64,000 bases of DNA, from NCBI GenBank assembly GCA_965242925.1, contig CBDEUM010000018.1, positions 65,041-129,040 on the forward strand, written 5' to 3'. Position 1 is the first letter of the stretch. Every line of letters begins with the position of its first letter. Made by a program: the position numbers and the translations under genes. Origin of the DNA: Roseibacillus sp. GTDB taxonomy: Bacteria > Verrucomicrobiota > Verrucomicrobiia > Verrucomicrobiales > Akkermansiaceae. Shown here in pieces: positions 50,513 through 60,478 of the stretch. A model generated the notes under the pieces. That model did no database searches. It had not been told where the DNA came from and worked only from the letters and a program-made list of their open reading frames with translations.

Positions 50513-51571
50513 CTAAAGTGTTACGACCTGCTTGGTTTTCTGGGATTGGTCTGCGGCAAAGACGATTTGCAGGCTGTTCATGACGCGGTCCTGGTGGGCT
50601 GACATGTCGGTATCATTCTTGATGCAGTCGATGAAGGCTTTCTGCTCGAGCAGGGCGAGCCCTTCGTGGTCGGGTTCGTCGATCTTGATGATGTCGTCTT
50701 CGCGGACGAACTCTTTGTCTTTTTGCTCGGCGTAGTGCCGGATGATGGTGCTGGCCTCGGCATGGTGGTCTTTGTCGTCGGAACGTCCTTTCTCGACGGA
50801 AATGCTGGCGGATCCGTCGGGACCGATGACGTCTTTTACGAAGTAGGCGGTCTCGCTCATGTTCGGCCCCCAGCCGGCTTCGTACCATCCCACGGAGCCG
50901 TCTTCGAATTCGACCTGGAGCTGGCCGTAGTTGCAGATGTGCTCCGGAACGAGGTCCCAGTTGCGACAGCCGATGGCATGCACCCTGACGGGGCGGCACT
51001 TTGCCATTTGATACATGATGTCGACGTAGTGGACACCGCAGTCCACGATGGGGGATTGAACCTGCATGATGTTGTGCAAGGTGTCGTAGAATTCGCCCCG
51101 GGCCTGCTGGTTGAGGTTCATGCGCATCGCGAGGGGTTTGCCCAGGTCGTGAGCGATCTCAGTGAACCTGTTCCATGAAGGATGGGTCATGAGGATGTAG
51201 CCGACGTAGAGCTTGCGGTTGACCCCGTTGGAGAGGTCGAAGAGTTCCTGGGATTGCTCCATGGTTTCGGCGAGCGGTTTTTCGACGAAGACATGCAGGC
51301 CTTTCTTCAGAGCGGTGGAGACGTAGTGGTAGTGGGAATCGGTGTAGGTGCTGATGGCGACGGCGTCAGGGGAGGTTTTTTCGAGGGCTTCCTCGAAATC
51401 GGTGAAGCGGGGGATGTCGCCGCCGAGGATGCCCGCCAGTTTTTTCGAGCTGTCGTAGTTCCTGGTTACGATCCCGACGTTCTGGACGCCTTCGATCTGG
51501 TCGTAGGCCTTGGCGTGGAGGGTCGCCATGAATCCGGCTCCCACATTCAGTACTTTGATGCCTTCGCTCAT
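50513..51571 (-). CDS. Gfo/Idh/MocA family oxidoreductase
   Basis: VGAGFMA, HVFVEKPLA and DCGVHYVD motifs. Confidence 0.92.
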   Translation of the reverse strand: MSEGIKVLNVGAGFMATLHAKAYDQIEGVQNVGIVTRNYDSSKKLAGILGGDIPRFTDFEEALEKTSPDAVAISTYTDSHYHYVSTALKKGLHVFVEKPLAETMEQSQELFDLSNGVNRKLYVGYILMTHPSWNRFTEIAHDLGKPLAMRMNLNQQARGEFYDTLHNIMQVQSPIVDCGVHYVDIMYQMAKCRPVRVHAIGCRNWDLVPEHICNYGQLQVEFEDGSVGWYEAGWGPNMSETAYFVKDVIGPDGSASISVEKGRSDDKDHHAEASTIIRHYAEQKDKEFVREDDIIKIDEPDHEGLALLEQKAFIDCIKNDTDMSAHQDRVMNSLQIVFAADQSQKTKQVVTL

Positions 51572-51692
51572 GAGGTTTGGGACAAATTTTAGTTTGCTGC
51601 GGGAAGAGCGTCCAGAGGGAAAGTGGTTGAGGAAGGATTTGAGTCGGCGAGAGCTTGCCCGGGGGAGGGCGATTGGGCATGATCACGGGGTT

Positions 51693-52931
51693 ATGAGCAG
51701 GGAGCCACGTTCGTCGATGGGATTGTTTGTCCAACTGAGCGTGATGATGTTTGCGCTCTTTTTTGTCTGGGGCGCGTGGTACGTGACGATGGGGACCTTT
51801 ATGGCGAGCCGGAAGTTCGATGCCGCGGCCATCGGTTGGGCCTACTCGGTCGCGCCGATTGCTGCGATTGTGACTCCGTTCTTCATGGGCGTCTTTGCGG
51901 ACCGGTTTGTGAACGCGGAAAAACTGCAAGGGGCATTATTGTTGCTGAGTGGCGTCTTCATCGCGTTGGCACCGCAGTTTGCGGCACCGGAGACGCAATG
52001 GGTTTTCGTCGGGCTCTTGCTGGCCCACACGCTTTGCTTCATGCCGAATCTCGGCTTGTCCAATACGATCTGTCTCAAGCACCTGGTCGATTCGGAGCGC
52101 GACTACCCGATTGTGCGCGTCTTTGCGACGTCGGGATGGATCGTGGCCGGAGGGGTCGTGAGCCTTCTATTCAAGGCGGAGGAATCGCCGGTACAGTTTT
52201 ACGCCGCGGCGGCGGCGGCCTGGGGAGTTGGGATCTACAGCTTCTTCCTTCCGCGCACGCCGCCACCGGGAAAAGGCGCGCCTTTGAAGATGGGAGAACT
52301 CTATGGGTCGGGGACGTGGCGTTATTTCAAGAAGCGGTCGTTTGCGATTTTCATGGTGGCTTCTCTCCTGGCGTCGATGGGAATGATGCCCTACTGGGTG
52401 CTCGGCAGTCCCTTTGCCAACTTCTTGGGCATCGAACGTTCCGGAGCGTTCTTCACGATGGGGCAAATGGCCGAGCTCGTCGTGCTCGCGGTGGTTCTGC
52501 CGGTCTTTATCAAGCGCTTCGGGATCAAGTGGACGATGGGGCTCGGACTTCTGTGCTGGGCGCTGCGCTTTGTGCTCTTCTCAGAGGCGGCGACTTCGAG
52601 CGGGTCGAGCATGATGACCTTGCTGGTGATCGCGGTGCTACTCCACGGATTCAGTTACGACTTTGTTTTTGTTTCGGGGTACCTTTACGTGGACAAGCAC
52701 GTTGGTGAGGAGGTGCGTGCGCAAGCGCAGGGATTGCTGGTGGTTTTCACCCAGGGAATCGGATTCTTCCTGAGCTCTCAGCTATTTGTGGGGCATCTCG
52801 GGGCGCGCTATGGAGTTCCGGGTGACGATGCGGGGGCGTGGCAGGGCTACTGGATGGTGCCGGCGATATTTATGGCAGGAGTGCTCGTGCTGTTCTGGTT
52901 CGCGTTTCGGGAGGAGAGGAAAACCGATTGA
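51693..52931 (+). CDS. MFS transporter, nucleoside:H+ symporter (NupG/XapB/YegT-like)
   Basis: FFVWGAW, YPIVRVFATSGW, GQMAE, LHGFSYDF and RAQAQG motifs; multiple TM segments. Confidence 0.88.
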   Translation: MSREPRSSMGLFVQLSVMMFALFFVWGAWYVTMGTFMASRKFDAAAIGWAYSVAPIAAIVTPFFMGVFADRFVNAEKLQGALLLLSGVFIALAPQFAAPETQWVFVGLLLAHTLCFMPNLGLSNTICLKHLVDSERDYPIVRVFATSGWIVAGGVVSLLFKAEESPVQFYAAAAAAWGVGIYSFFLPRTPPPGKGAPLKMGELYGSGTWRYFKKRSFAIFMVASLLASMGMMPYWVLGSPFANFLGIERSGAFFTMGQMAELVVLAVVLPVFIKRFGIKWTMGLGLLCWALRFVLFSEAATSSGSSMMTLLVIAVLLHGFSYDFVFVSGYLYVDKHVGEEVRAQAQGLLVVFTQGIGFFLSSQLFVGHLGARYGVPGDDAGAWQGYWMVPAIFMAGVLVLFWFAFREERKTD

Positions 52932-53017
52932 TACCTTCCAGAAGGGAGCGAGCGGTCGATCCAGACTTTGTTCCCGGCCTTTTAAGGAAGGAGCCAGCCC
53001 TATTCCACCGCTCCGGA

Positions 53018-53794
53018 TCAGGCAGGTGCATCCCTGAGGAAAAGCGGTGCTTCGGGGCTGGATCCCGCTTTGTCATAACGGTATCCGGCAAGGTCAAAAT
53101 CATGCAGATCGTCAGGGCGCTTCAGTCGGTTCCGGATAATGAAATCCGCCATCATCCCCCTGGCCTTCTTGGCGTAAAAACTGATGATCTTGTATTTCCC
53201 GTTCTTGAGATCCTTGAAAACCGGCGAGACAACATCGGCTTCAAGTTCAGCGTGGTTTGCCGCGCTGAAATATTCATTCGAGGCCAGGTTCACCAGGAAC
53301 CTGCTACGGGTTGCGGCCGCCACTTCATTGAGAGCAGATGCGATTTTCTTTCCCCAGAAGGCATAAAGGTTTTTCCCGCTCCTGGTTGCCAGCTGGGTGC
53401 CCATCTCAAGGCGATACGGCTGGATTAAATCAAGGGGACGGAGGATCCCGTATAATCCACTGAGGATTCTCAATTCCTTCTGGGCGAAGTTGAAATCAGC
53501 GGCCTTCCAGTTCTGGAAATCAAAACCGGTATAGACATCTCCCTTGAATGCGAGCAGAGCCTGCTTGGAATTCTCAAGCGTAAATGGGGTCGACCACTTC
53601 CTGTACCGTTGCGCATTAAGCTCAGCCAGGTTTTCACTGATTCCCATCAGGTTCCTAAGCTCTGACTTGGGTAATTTGACGAGCTTGGAGATAAGTTCCC
53701 CGGACTCCTGCAGGTAATCAGGCAGGCTGTGTTTCCCTGTGAAGCACTGGTCCTCAAAATCAAGGGTCTTGGCAGGTGAGAGTACGATGGTCAT
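53018..53794 (-). CDS. yaaA: Peroxide stress protein YaaA
   Basis: LSPAKTLD, ILSGLYGILRPLD, YRLEMG, NLASNEY and SFYAKKARG motifs. Confidence 0.95.
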   Translation of the reverse strand: MTIVLSPAKTLDFEDQCFTGKHSLPDYLQESGELISKLVKLPKSELRNLMGISENLAELNAQRYRKWSTPFTLENSKQALLAFKGDVYTGFDFQNWKAADFNFAQKELRILSGLYGILRPLDLIQPYRLEMGTQLATRSGKNLYAFWGKKIASALNEVAAATRSRFLVNLASNEYFSAANHAELEADVVSPVFKDLKNGKYKIISFYAKKARGMMADFIIRNRLKRPDDLHDFDLAGYRYDKAGSSPEAPLFLRDAPA

Positions 53795-53954
53795 TTAAAT
53801 TGAAGATACGCCGGGTTGGAGATCGTGCGCAAGGTCGCATGAACCCTGTGCGAGGCAATCAAGCACATCATTATCCCTCTTGCTAAGAGATTCCTTTCTC
53901 ACGACGGAATTTGGGATTTGGAGCACCCCGCCTGCCTGCGTTATGACGGGGCGA

Positions 53955-54866
53955 ATGACGATCCGGGAATTGCAGAGCGAAGAGTGGATGGCGGTGGCGG
54001 AGTTGATTCATGTTTCAACCAACGCCTGGTACCAGGCCAATCTCAACCGCTCTATTTTTCAGCGGGATGATGCTTCAGGCTGTCTGGTGTTTCCTGAAGT
54101 CTACGAGACCCTTGACCCGGGGTGCTGCCTGGTGGCCGAGGACGAGGATGGTTGCTTGATGGGATCCTGTTTCTATCATCCCCGGGAGACGCACGTTTCC
54201 CTGGGCATCATGAATGCTCATCCGGATTTCGCGGGTCGGGGTGTGGCGGGGGCCTTGCTGGAGGAGATCATCCGCCGGGCCGGGGAGCTCCCGGTGCGCC
54301 TGGTCTCCAGTTGCATGAATCTTGATTCGTATTCCCTCTATACGCGGGCCGGATTTTCCCCGCGCGAGTTGTACCAGGATATGTATCTGCCCGCAGACAA
54401 GCCCCGGCCCGAAGCGCCGACCGGTTCGGAACGGGTGCGCCCGGCCACTCTGGAGGACGTGCCAGCAATGGTAGAGCTGGAGGTGGAGATCAGCGGGATC
54501 CGGCGCGGGGGGGATTACGAGTTTTTTATCCAGAACGAGCAGGAGGTGTGGAGAGTGTTCGTGATCGAGAGCGAAGATGGCGGACTCGACGGCTTCCTCT
54601 GCTCGATCGATCACCCGGGGAGCAACATGCTGGGGCCGGGCGTCATGCAATCGGAGGTGAATGCCCTCGCCCTTATCCACGCGCAGCTGGCTGCCATGCC
54701 CGAACGCCAGCCGGTCTTCCTGGTGCCGGCCCGTGCGGAGGGGCTGGTGACCGCGCTGTATGAGTGGGGGGCGCGCAATTGCGAGATGCACGTGGCCCAG
54801 GTGCGCGGGGAGGCCCGGGAGATTTGCGGGGTCACCATGCCGACCTTCATGCCGGAGACTGGTTAG
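53955..54866 (+). CDS. Tandem GNAT-family acetyltransferase
   Basis: HPDFAGRGVAGALL acetyl-CoA motif, LYTRAGF; second VRPAT..D domain. Confidence 0.8.
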   Translation: MTIRELQSEEWMAVAELIHVSTNAWYQANLNRSIFQRDDASGCLVFPEVYETLDPGCCLVAEDEDGCLMGSCFYHPRETHVSLGIMNAHPDFAGRGVAGALLEEIIRRAGELPVRLVSSCMNLDSYSLYTRAGFSPRELYQDMYLPADKPRPEAPTGSERVRPATLEDVPAMVELEVEISGIRRGGDYEFFIQNEQEVWRVFVIESEDGGLDGFLCSIDHPGSNMLGPGVMQSEVNALALIHAQLAAMPERQPVFLVPARAEGLVTALYEWGARNCEMHVAQVRGEAREICGVTMPTFMPETG

Positions 54867-54870
54867 GCTG

Positions 54871-55623
54871 CTAGTCGAAGACGTAGCGCATCTCCCTTAT
54901 CCGGACGTCAGGGGGAAAGTTGTGTTGCTCGAAGAAGTCGTAGCCCTGCTTGAGATTCTTCCAGAAGGGGTGCCACTTGTCAGACCGGGCCTGCTCCAGG
55001 CGCTCGGCAGTCATGCGGAAGGGAAAGGAGTGTACGCGGAAGAACTGCTGGCCATTGGCCAGGGCGGCATGACAGAGCGTGTAGATTTCCTCGATCTTCG
55101 GGTCGGTCATGGCGAAGCATCCGATTGAGACGCGGTTACCGTGGACCATGAGATGGCTGCCATTGCGGTTGTGCGCGCGATCGTAGATATTGGGATAGCC
55201 GAGGTTGAAGGAGAGATGAAACCGGCTGTGGGGATTCATCCGGCGGGGCGGGACGTAGTAAAACCCCTCGGGGGCCTGCAGGTCGCCCTCCCGTTCCTTG
55301 GGGCCGAGTTGACCGGACATGGCGGCGATTTGGTAGGTTCGGAAGAGCTTGAAGGTCTTCTTGCCCATTTCCTGGACGAAGAGTTCGAGTGCGGCCTCTT
55401 CCTTCAGAATCCGGATGAATACTGGATTGCCGTAACGCATTCCGGCGTTCGCGAGATCACGGGTCAGGTCCTCTCGCACATCTTCAGCCGCGGTGCGGGC
55501 ACGTGGGGAGGTTGGAAGATCCCGGGGAGCGGAATTCTGTGCGCTCACCTGTTCGGACACGAGGAGGAGAAAAAAAAGGGAGAAAAGGCTGCTGTTCCAC
55601 AGGAGGAGCCGGGAGGGGGGCAT
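54871..55623 (-). CDS. YafK/DpaA-like L,D-transpeptidase-family protein
   Basis: GPKEREGDLQAPEGFY, YPNIYD and MVHGNRVSIGCFAM (His/Cys) motifs; signal peptide. Confidence 0.88.
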   Translation of the reverse strand: MPPSRLLLWNSSLFSLFFLLLVSEQVSAQNSAPRDLPTSPRARTAAEDVREDLTRDLANAGMRYGNPVFIRILKEEAALELFVQEMGKKTFKLFRTYQIAAMSGQLGPKEREGDLQAPEGFYYVPPRRMNPHSRFHLSFNLGYPNIYDRAHNRNGSHLMVHGNRVSIGCFAMTDPKIEEIYTLCHAALANGQQFFRVHSFPFRMTAERLEQARSDKWHPFWKNLKQGYDFFEQHNFPPDVRIREMRYVFD

Positions 55624-55802
55624 GAAGGCGGTTCGGATCAGGGTTGTGAATCTGGCAGGGGGAGGATGCACCGGACCAGACGGCATTGACATGCTGATAT
55701 TTCCAGTATTTCCGGAGCGGGGGCAACAGCTGTTTCTTGTGAGGAAAATTTTTTGAAGGGGACAGCTGGCCTGCTTCCCGGTTCCGATGATAGGAAATCG
55801 TC

Positions 55803-56711
55803 ATGCAGCAGGAGGACCACGAGGAGCAGGAAACGGCTATTGGTGTGATCGGGGGGAGTGGTCTCTACGAGATGGAGGGATTCGTGCAGGGTGAGGAGCG
55901 GGAGGTGGATACCCCCTTCGGATCTCCATCCGACGCCCTGATCGGGGGCTCTCTGGGCGGCCGGGAGGTCTGGTTTCTACCGAGACATGGGAGAGGACAC
56001 CGCATTCTCCCTCACGAGATCAATCACCGTGCAAACATCTGGGCTCTCCGTTCGCTGGGGGTGCGCTGGATCATCTGTGTCACCGCAGTGGGTAGCCTGA
56101 AGGAGGAGTATGCCCCGCGCTCACTGGTCATTCCCGACCAGTACTTCGACCGGACCAGTCGACGGGAGCATCATACTTTCTTCGGGCAGGGATTGGCGGC
56201 TCATATCTCCTTTGGAGAACCGGTGAGCGCTCCACTGCGGCGCATCCTTCTGGAAGCCTCCCTCGATGAGTCGGATCTGGAAGTTCACTTTGGCGGGACC
56301 TACGTCAACATGGACGGGCCGGCCTTCTCCACCCGGGCAGAGAGTGAGGTGAATCGTAAATTGGGCTTTGATGTGATTGGGATGACCAACCTGCCCGAGG
56401 CGAAACTGGCACGGGAGGCGGAGATTGCCCTGGCGACCTTGTGTATGGTCACGGATTACGATTGCTGGAAGGAAGAGGAAGTTAATGTGGAGGCCGTGAT
56501 CGGGCACCTGCACGCCAACGCAACGGCGGCTCAGCGAATCGTCGGGCGAGCGATTGAACGGATTCCGGGTCGGGCAGACTGGCCCGAACACTCTGCCCTC
56601 GATACCGCAATTATTACTGCCCGGGATCTATGGCCCCCGCAAGTGGTTGAGGACCTGCACCCTATTTTGACGCGTTTTGCAGAAGGGGAGGAGGAGAGCG
56701 GAGGGAACTAA
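55803..56711 (+). CDS. mtnP: S-methyl-5'-thioadenosine phosphorylase
   Basis: IGGSG, RHGRGH, GPAFSTRAES, GMT..PEAKLARE and VTDYDCW motifs. Confidence 0.92.
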   Translation: MQQEDHEEQETAIGVIGGSGLYEMEGFVQGEEREVDTPFGSPSDALIGGSLGGREVWFLPRHGRGHRILPHEINHRANIWALRSLGVRWIICVTAVGSLKEEYAPRSLVIPDQYFDRTSRREHHTFFGQGLAAHISFGEPVSAPLRRILLEASLDESDLEVHFGGTYVNMDGPAFSTRAESEVNRKLGFDVIGMTNLPEAKLAREAEIALATLCMVTDYDCWKEEEVNVEAVIGHLHANATAAQRIVGRAIERIPGRADWPEHSALDTAIITARDLWPPQVVEDLHPILTRFAEGEEESGGN

Positions 56712-56781
56712 GGCGTGACATGAAGCGCCAAAAACGGTAAAAATGGCTGCCGTTTTGTTCACCCTTCTCGAGCCCTTACCC

Positions 56782-57585
56782 ATGTTCCTCCGCTTCCTCA
56801 TTCTTGTTCCCGCGGCTGTACTGATCGCTCTCACGAGCAGCTGCACATCAATCGAATCCGAGGGCAAGAAGCCCTCCACGCTTGCCAATAACGGCTATCG
56901 TTCGCCCTACCACGCCTGGCCGTCGGCCCGAAATCCGAACCTGAGCCTGTCCTCACGCTTCCCCAAGTCAATTGGGATCACCCATTCCCGTGGCCTGGGG
57001 CACCAGCCATATATCGCGATGACCTTTGACGACGGTCCGCACGCCAGGAACACACCGCGCCTGCTCGACATCCTCCGGCGACGCAACATCAAGGCGACCT
57101 TTTACGTGATTGGCAAAAACGTGGATATCTATCCCCATCTCACCCGCCGAATCGTAGCAGAGGGTCACGAAATCGGGAACCACACCTATACCCATCGCAA
57201 TCTGAAGACTCTCAGTGATACGCAGGTTCTGGCCGAGATTTCGAAAACGAGGAGCTCGATCGTGAATGCGACCGGGGTGCAGCCGCGGACCATGCGCCCG
57301 CCCTACGGCGCGCTCTACCAACGGCAGCGCAAACTGATCATGGATCGTTTCGGCTACCCAACGATCATGTGGGCGGTCGATCCCCGTGACTGGCAACGTC
57401 CGGGGGTGAGTGTAGTCAAGAATCGTATTCTCACCAGCACGACCAATGGAGCGATCGTGCTGGCGCATGACCTGCACGCTCCCACCGTGGACGCCATGCC
57501 TGCGACCCTGGATGGATTGCTGGCGAAGGGATTCAAATTCGTGACAGTCTCCCAGTTGCTGAGCCAGAAAGCGCGGTCTAGGTAA
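56782..57585 (+). CDS. Polysaccharide/peptidoglycan deacetylase (CE4), probable lipoprotein
   Basis: TFDDGP, HTYTH, RPPYG, DPRDW and LAHD motifs; LTSSC lipobox-like sequence. Confidence 0.92.
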   Translation: MFLRFLILVPAAVLIALTSSCTSIESEGKKPSTLANNGYRSPYHAWPSARNPNLSLSSRFPKSIGITHSRGLGHQPYIAMTFDDGPHARNTPRLLDILRRRNIKATFYVIGKNVDIYPHLTRRIVAEGHEIGNHTYTHRNLKTLSDTQVLAEISKTRSSIVNATGVQPRTMRPPYGALYQRQRKLIMDRFGYPTIMWAVDPRDWQRPGVSVVKNRILTSTTNGAIVLAHDLHAPTVDAMPATLDGLLAKGFKFVTVSQLLSQKARSR

Positions 57586-57665
57586 GATTTCCCGCTGGAT
57601 TGCGGGGGGAGGCGAGAACCCTCGTGGATGAAGGAAGAGTCGGCAGGAGTGATTCCCTGATACGG

Positions 57666-57696
57666 AAAAAGCCGGGAGAGTTCCTCCCGGCTTTTT
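57666..57696. terminator. Bidirectional rho-independent terminator
   Basis: AAAAA-GCCGGGAG-AGTTC-CTCCCGGC-TTTTT between convergent genes. Confidence 0.9.
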
Positions 57697-57728
57697 GTAA
57701 TTCCTGAAGTCAGGGAATGCTTTCTGGA

Positions 57729-58181
57729 TCAGGCGTCGGGCTTCTTGCCACCGGGCTTCTTGCCACCGGGCTTCTTGCCACCGGGCTTCTTGCCTTCGGG
57801 GCGACCACCTTCGGGGCGACCACCCTGGGGGCGCCCACGACCACGACGACCCTTCATGGCTTCCTTGCGTTCTTCTTCGCTCAGTTCGCCGTCGCCGTCC
57901 TTGTCATATTTCTTAAGGAACTCGGCTCTACGGGCTCTCTGGGCTTCCTTGCGCTCGTCTTCGTCGAGCTTGCCGTCGCCATTCTTATCGAATTTCTCGA
58001 GGATTTCCTTCGGGATCTGGCGGGCGCCGCCTCGGGGCGGTCCCCGGCGTTCGCCTTCGGGACGCTCACCACGCTCGGCGCGGGGCTTCTTCTTGCCCTT
58101 GTCTTCTTCAGCAAGGGAGGTGGTTGATCCTGTGGCGAGGAGGCCCAGGACCACGGTGAATGCTTGGAGTGTCTTCTTCAT
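57729..58181 (-). CDS. Secreted EF-hand protein with low-complexity Arg/Gly/Lys/Pro tails
   Basis: Signal peptide MKKTLQAF...SLA; DKNGDGKLDEDE and DKDGDGELSEEE EF-hand loops. Confidence 0.85.
   Translation of the reverse strand: MKKTLQAFTVVLGLLATGSTTSLAEEDKGKKKPRAERGERPEGERRGPPRGGARQIPKEILEKFDKNGDGKLDEDERKEAQRARRAEFLKKYDKDGDGELSEEERKEAMKGRRGRGRPQGGRPEGGRPEGKKPGGKKPGGKKPGGKKPDA
57737..57826. repeat. 15-bp tandem repeat, about 6 units (encoding GGKKP/EGGRP)
   Basis: CGGGCTTCTTGCCAC three times exactly, plus three diverged units. Confidence 0.9.
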
Positions 58182-58354
58182 CGTCTGTTGGATTGGTTCA
58201 CGGGGTTTATCCGTGCTGGGGGATAAAACTGGGGTCCCGGTCCATAGTTGCGGATTATTTTCCCGGGAGGTGGAGCTCCGGGAAAGATTTGGTGGAGCGT
58301 AGGGGGGATTTGGCATTGCGTGGGTCGTGGGGAAGCGGTTTCATGCCTGCAACG

Positions 58355-59269
58355 ATGTCGTCCGCGTCCAGCAAGGGTTCCTCCCGCGCCGCATCTTTCA
58401 AGGCGCGGCTCATTAGCACGGTCCTCCTCTGGGGTGTCGTGGCGGCGGCCTTTACGAGTGGAACACTCTGGGCCACACGCTGGCCCCTCGGGGTGCTGGT
58501 GGTGGTTTTTACCGTGTTGGGCAGTATCGAGTTCCTTGCCCTGACGAGAGTAGCCCCGGGAAAGGAGTGCCGACGCTGGGGATTGATCGTATGTGTGGGT
58601 TTCCTGGGAGTGCTGGTGACCCAGGCTCTGAATGGATCGCTGGACGAGGGCGGGTTTCTCCCAGAGATGGTGGGATTGCTTGCTGTCACTGTTGGGTCCT
58701 TTGTTCTGCGTCTGCGCTTTCCCATTGAGAGCGACGCTTCGGTGAGAGCGGTGACCCTTGCGCTCCTTGGCTTCGTGTATGTTCCAATTCTCTTTGCCAG
58801 CTTCATCATCCGGCTCGCCCTCCTTCCCCCCACCTCCATTGAATCCGGTTTCTGGCTGATCCTTCTCGTGGTAGTGGTGGCCAAGTTCACCGACATGGGA
58901 GCCTACCTGGTGGGAACCCTGATCGGCAGGCACAAGGCAATCCCGCACATCAGCCCGGCCAAATCATGGGAAGGCTACATAGGCGCGCTCTTTTTTGCAC
59001 AGGGAGGAGCCTTCGCCATTCATGCTCTGGGAGGGGCATATCTCGACTGGCTCGAAGTTCATCATGTTGTAGTCCTCGGGATACTGCTGGCTCTCGCGGC
59101 CATGGTGGGTGACCTTGCCGAGTCTGTCCTGAAGCGCAGTCTGCGGGTGAAGGACTCGGGGCAACTCCTGCCGGGGATTGGTGGGATCCTCGATCTCATT
59201 GACAGTCTCTGCTTCGCGCTACCGGTTGCCTATTTCTACATCCAACTGGTGGTGCTACCGACGCTTTAA
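58355..59269 (+). CDS. cdsA: Phosphatidate cytidylyltransferase
   Basis: DMGAY, ISPAKSWEG, GDLAESVLKR..VKDSG..LPG.GGILD..DS motifs. Confidence 0.93.
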   Translation: MSSASSKGSSRAASFKARLISTVLLWGVVAAAFTSGTLWATRWPLGVLVVVFTVLGSIEFLALTRVAPGKECRRWGLIVCVGFLGVLVTQALNGSLDEGGFLPEMVGLLAVTVGSFVLRLRFPIESDASVRAVTLALLGFVYVPILFASFIIRLALLPPTSIESGFWLILLVVVVAKFTDMGAYLVGTLIGRHKAIPHISPAKSWEGYIGALFFAQGGAFAIHALGGAYLDWLEVHHVVVLGILLALAAMVGDLAESVLKRSLRVKDSGQLLPGIGGILDLIDSLCFALPVAYFYIQLVVLPTL

Positions 59270-59293
59270 CGGCTTCCCATAACTCGTGATCAC

Positions 59294-60478
59294 ATGACCG
59301 CTGCCCCGGAAAGACAGATGAGGCGCCCCAGGAGGGTGGTCATTCTCGGTTCGACCGGATCAATCGGGACAAGCGCGCTCAAGGTGGCCCGGGAGATCCC
59401 GGATGAGATGGAGGTGGTTGGGCTGGCGGCGGGTAGCCGTGCCGACGAGCTGGCTGCGCAGGCCCGGGAGTTCGGGGTGAAGCATCTTGCCATTGCGGAT
59501 GAGAGCCTGCGTGAAACGGTGGTTGGGGCCTCTCCGAAAGGGAGCGTGGTGCATGCCGGGGCGGAAGGATTGCGGGAACTGGCCCGCCTGCCCGAGGCGG
59601 ACCTGGTCCTGGTCTCTATCGTTGGTACGGCCGGGTTGCAGCCAGCCCTTGATGCGATCGAGTCCGGCAAGGACCTGGCCGTGGCGAGCAAGGAGATTCT
59701 GGTCATGGCTGGCGAGATCGTGATGGCTGCGGCCGAGCGGTCCGGAATCAAGGTTCTCCCGGTCGACAGCGAGCACAACGCGATTTTCCAGTGCCTCGAA
59801 GGAAATGCGGGCGGAGCGGAGGCGGTGCGGCGGCTGCTTCTCACAGCCTCAGGAGGCCCCTTCCGGACCGCGAGTGCTGAGAGCCTCGCGGACGTCACTC
59901 CGGAGCAGGCTCTCGACCACCCTACTTGGAAGATGGGCCCCAAGATAACCATTGATTCAGCGACGCTCTTTAACAAGGGACTGGAGATGATCGAGGCTCG
60001 TTGGCTTTTCGGGGTCGAAATGGACCGGGTTGAGGTGGTAGTCCACCCTCAGAGCCTCGTTCACTCCATGGTGGAATTCGTGGACGGCAGCGTGCTGGCC
60101 CAGGTGAGCACGACGGACATGTGTTTTCCGATCCAGTATGCCGTGACCTGGCCTCAACGGGTGCCGCACTCACTCAAGCCGCTCGACTTCGCGGCTCTGG
60201 CGCGACTCGACTTCGAGGAGCCGCGGACCGACGTGTTTCCCGCCCTCCGCCTGGCCCGTGAGGCCGGAAGCAGGTGTGGGACCTTGCCGGCGGTCATGAA
60301 TGCCGCCAATGAAGTAGCGGTCGACGCCTTTCTCAAGGGAGTGATTCCCTTTCCGCGGATCTGGGCTCTCGTAGAAGAGGTCATGATCGGACATGCAGTG
60401 ACAGACTCTCCTTCCCTGGAGGATTTGCTGGATGCGGACCGCGAGGCTCGTGAGGCTGCGCGGGCAGGGCTCAAGTGA
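59294..60478 (+). CDS. dxr: 1-deoxy-D-xylulose-5-phosphate reductoisomerase
   Basis: LGSTGSIG, LPVDSEH, HPTWKMGPKITIDSAT and NAANE motifs. Confidence 0.97.
   Translation: MTAAPERQMRRPRRVVILGSTGSIGTSALKVAREIPDEMEVVGLAAGSRADELAAQAREFGVKHLAIADESLRETVVGASPKGSVVHAGAEGLRELARLPEADLVLVSIVGTAGLQPALDAIESGKDLAVASKEILVMAGEIVMAAAERSGIKVLPVDSEHNAIFQCLEGNAGGAEAVRRLLLTASGGPFRTASAESLADVTPEQALDHPTWKMGPKITIDSATLFNKGLEMIEARWLFGVEMDRVEVVVHPQSLVHSMVEFVDGSVLAQVSTTDMCFPIQYAVTWPQRVPHSLKPLDFAALARLDFEEPRTDVFPALRLAREAGSRCGTLPAVMNAANEVAVDAFLKGVIPFPRIWALVEEVMIGHAVTDSPSLEDLLDADREAREAARAGLK

Noticed and set aside
57737..57826. Tandem repeat as a CRISPR array
   Set aside because: The units are contiguous 15-mers with no spacers, they lie inside a CDS, and there are no cas genes.
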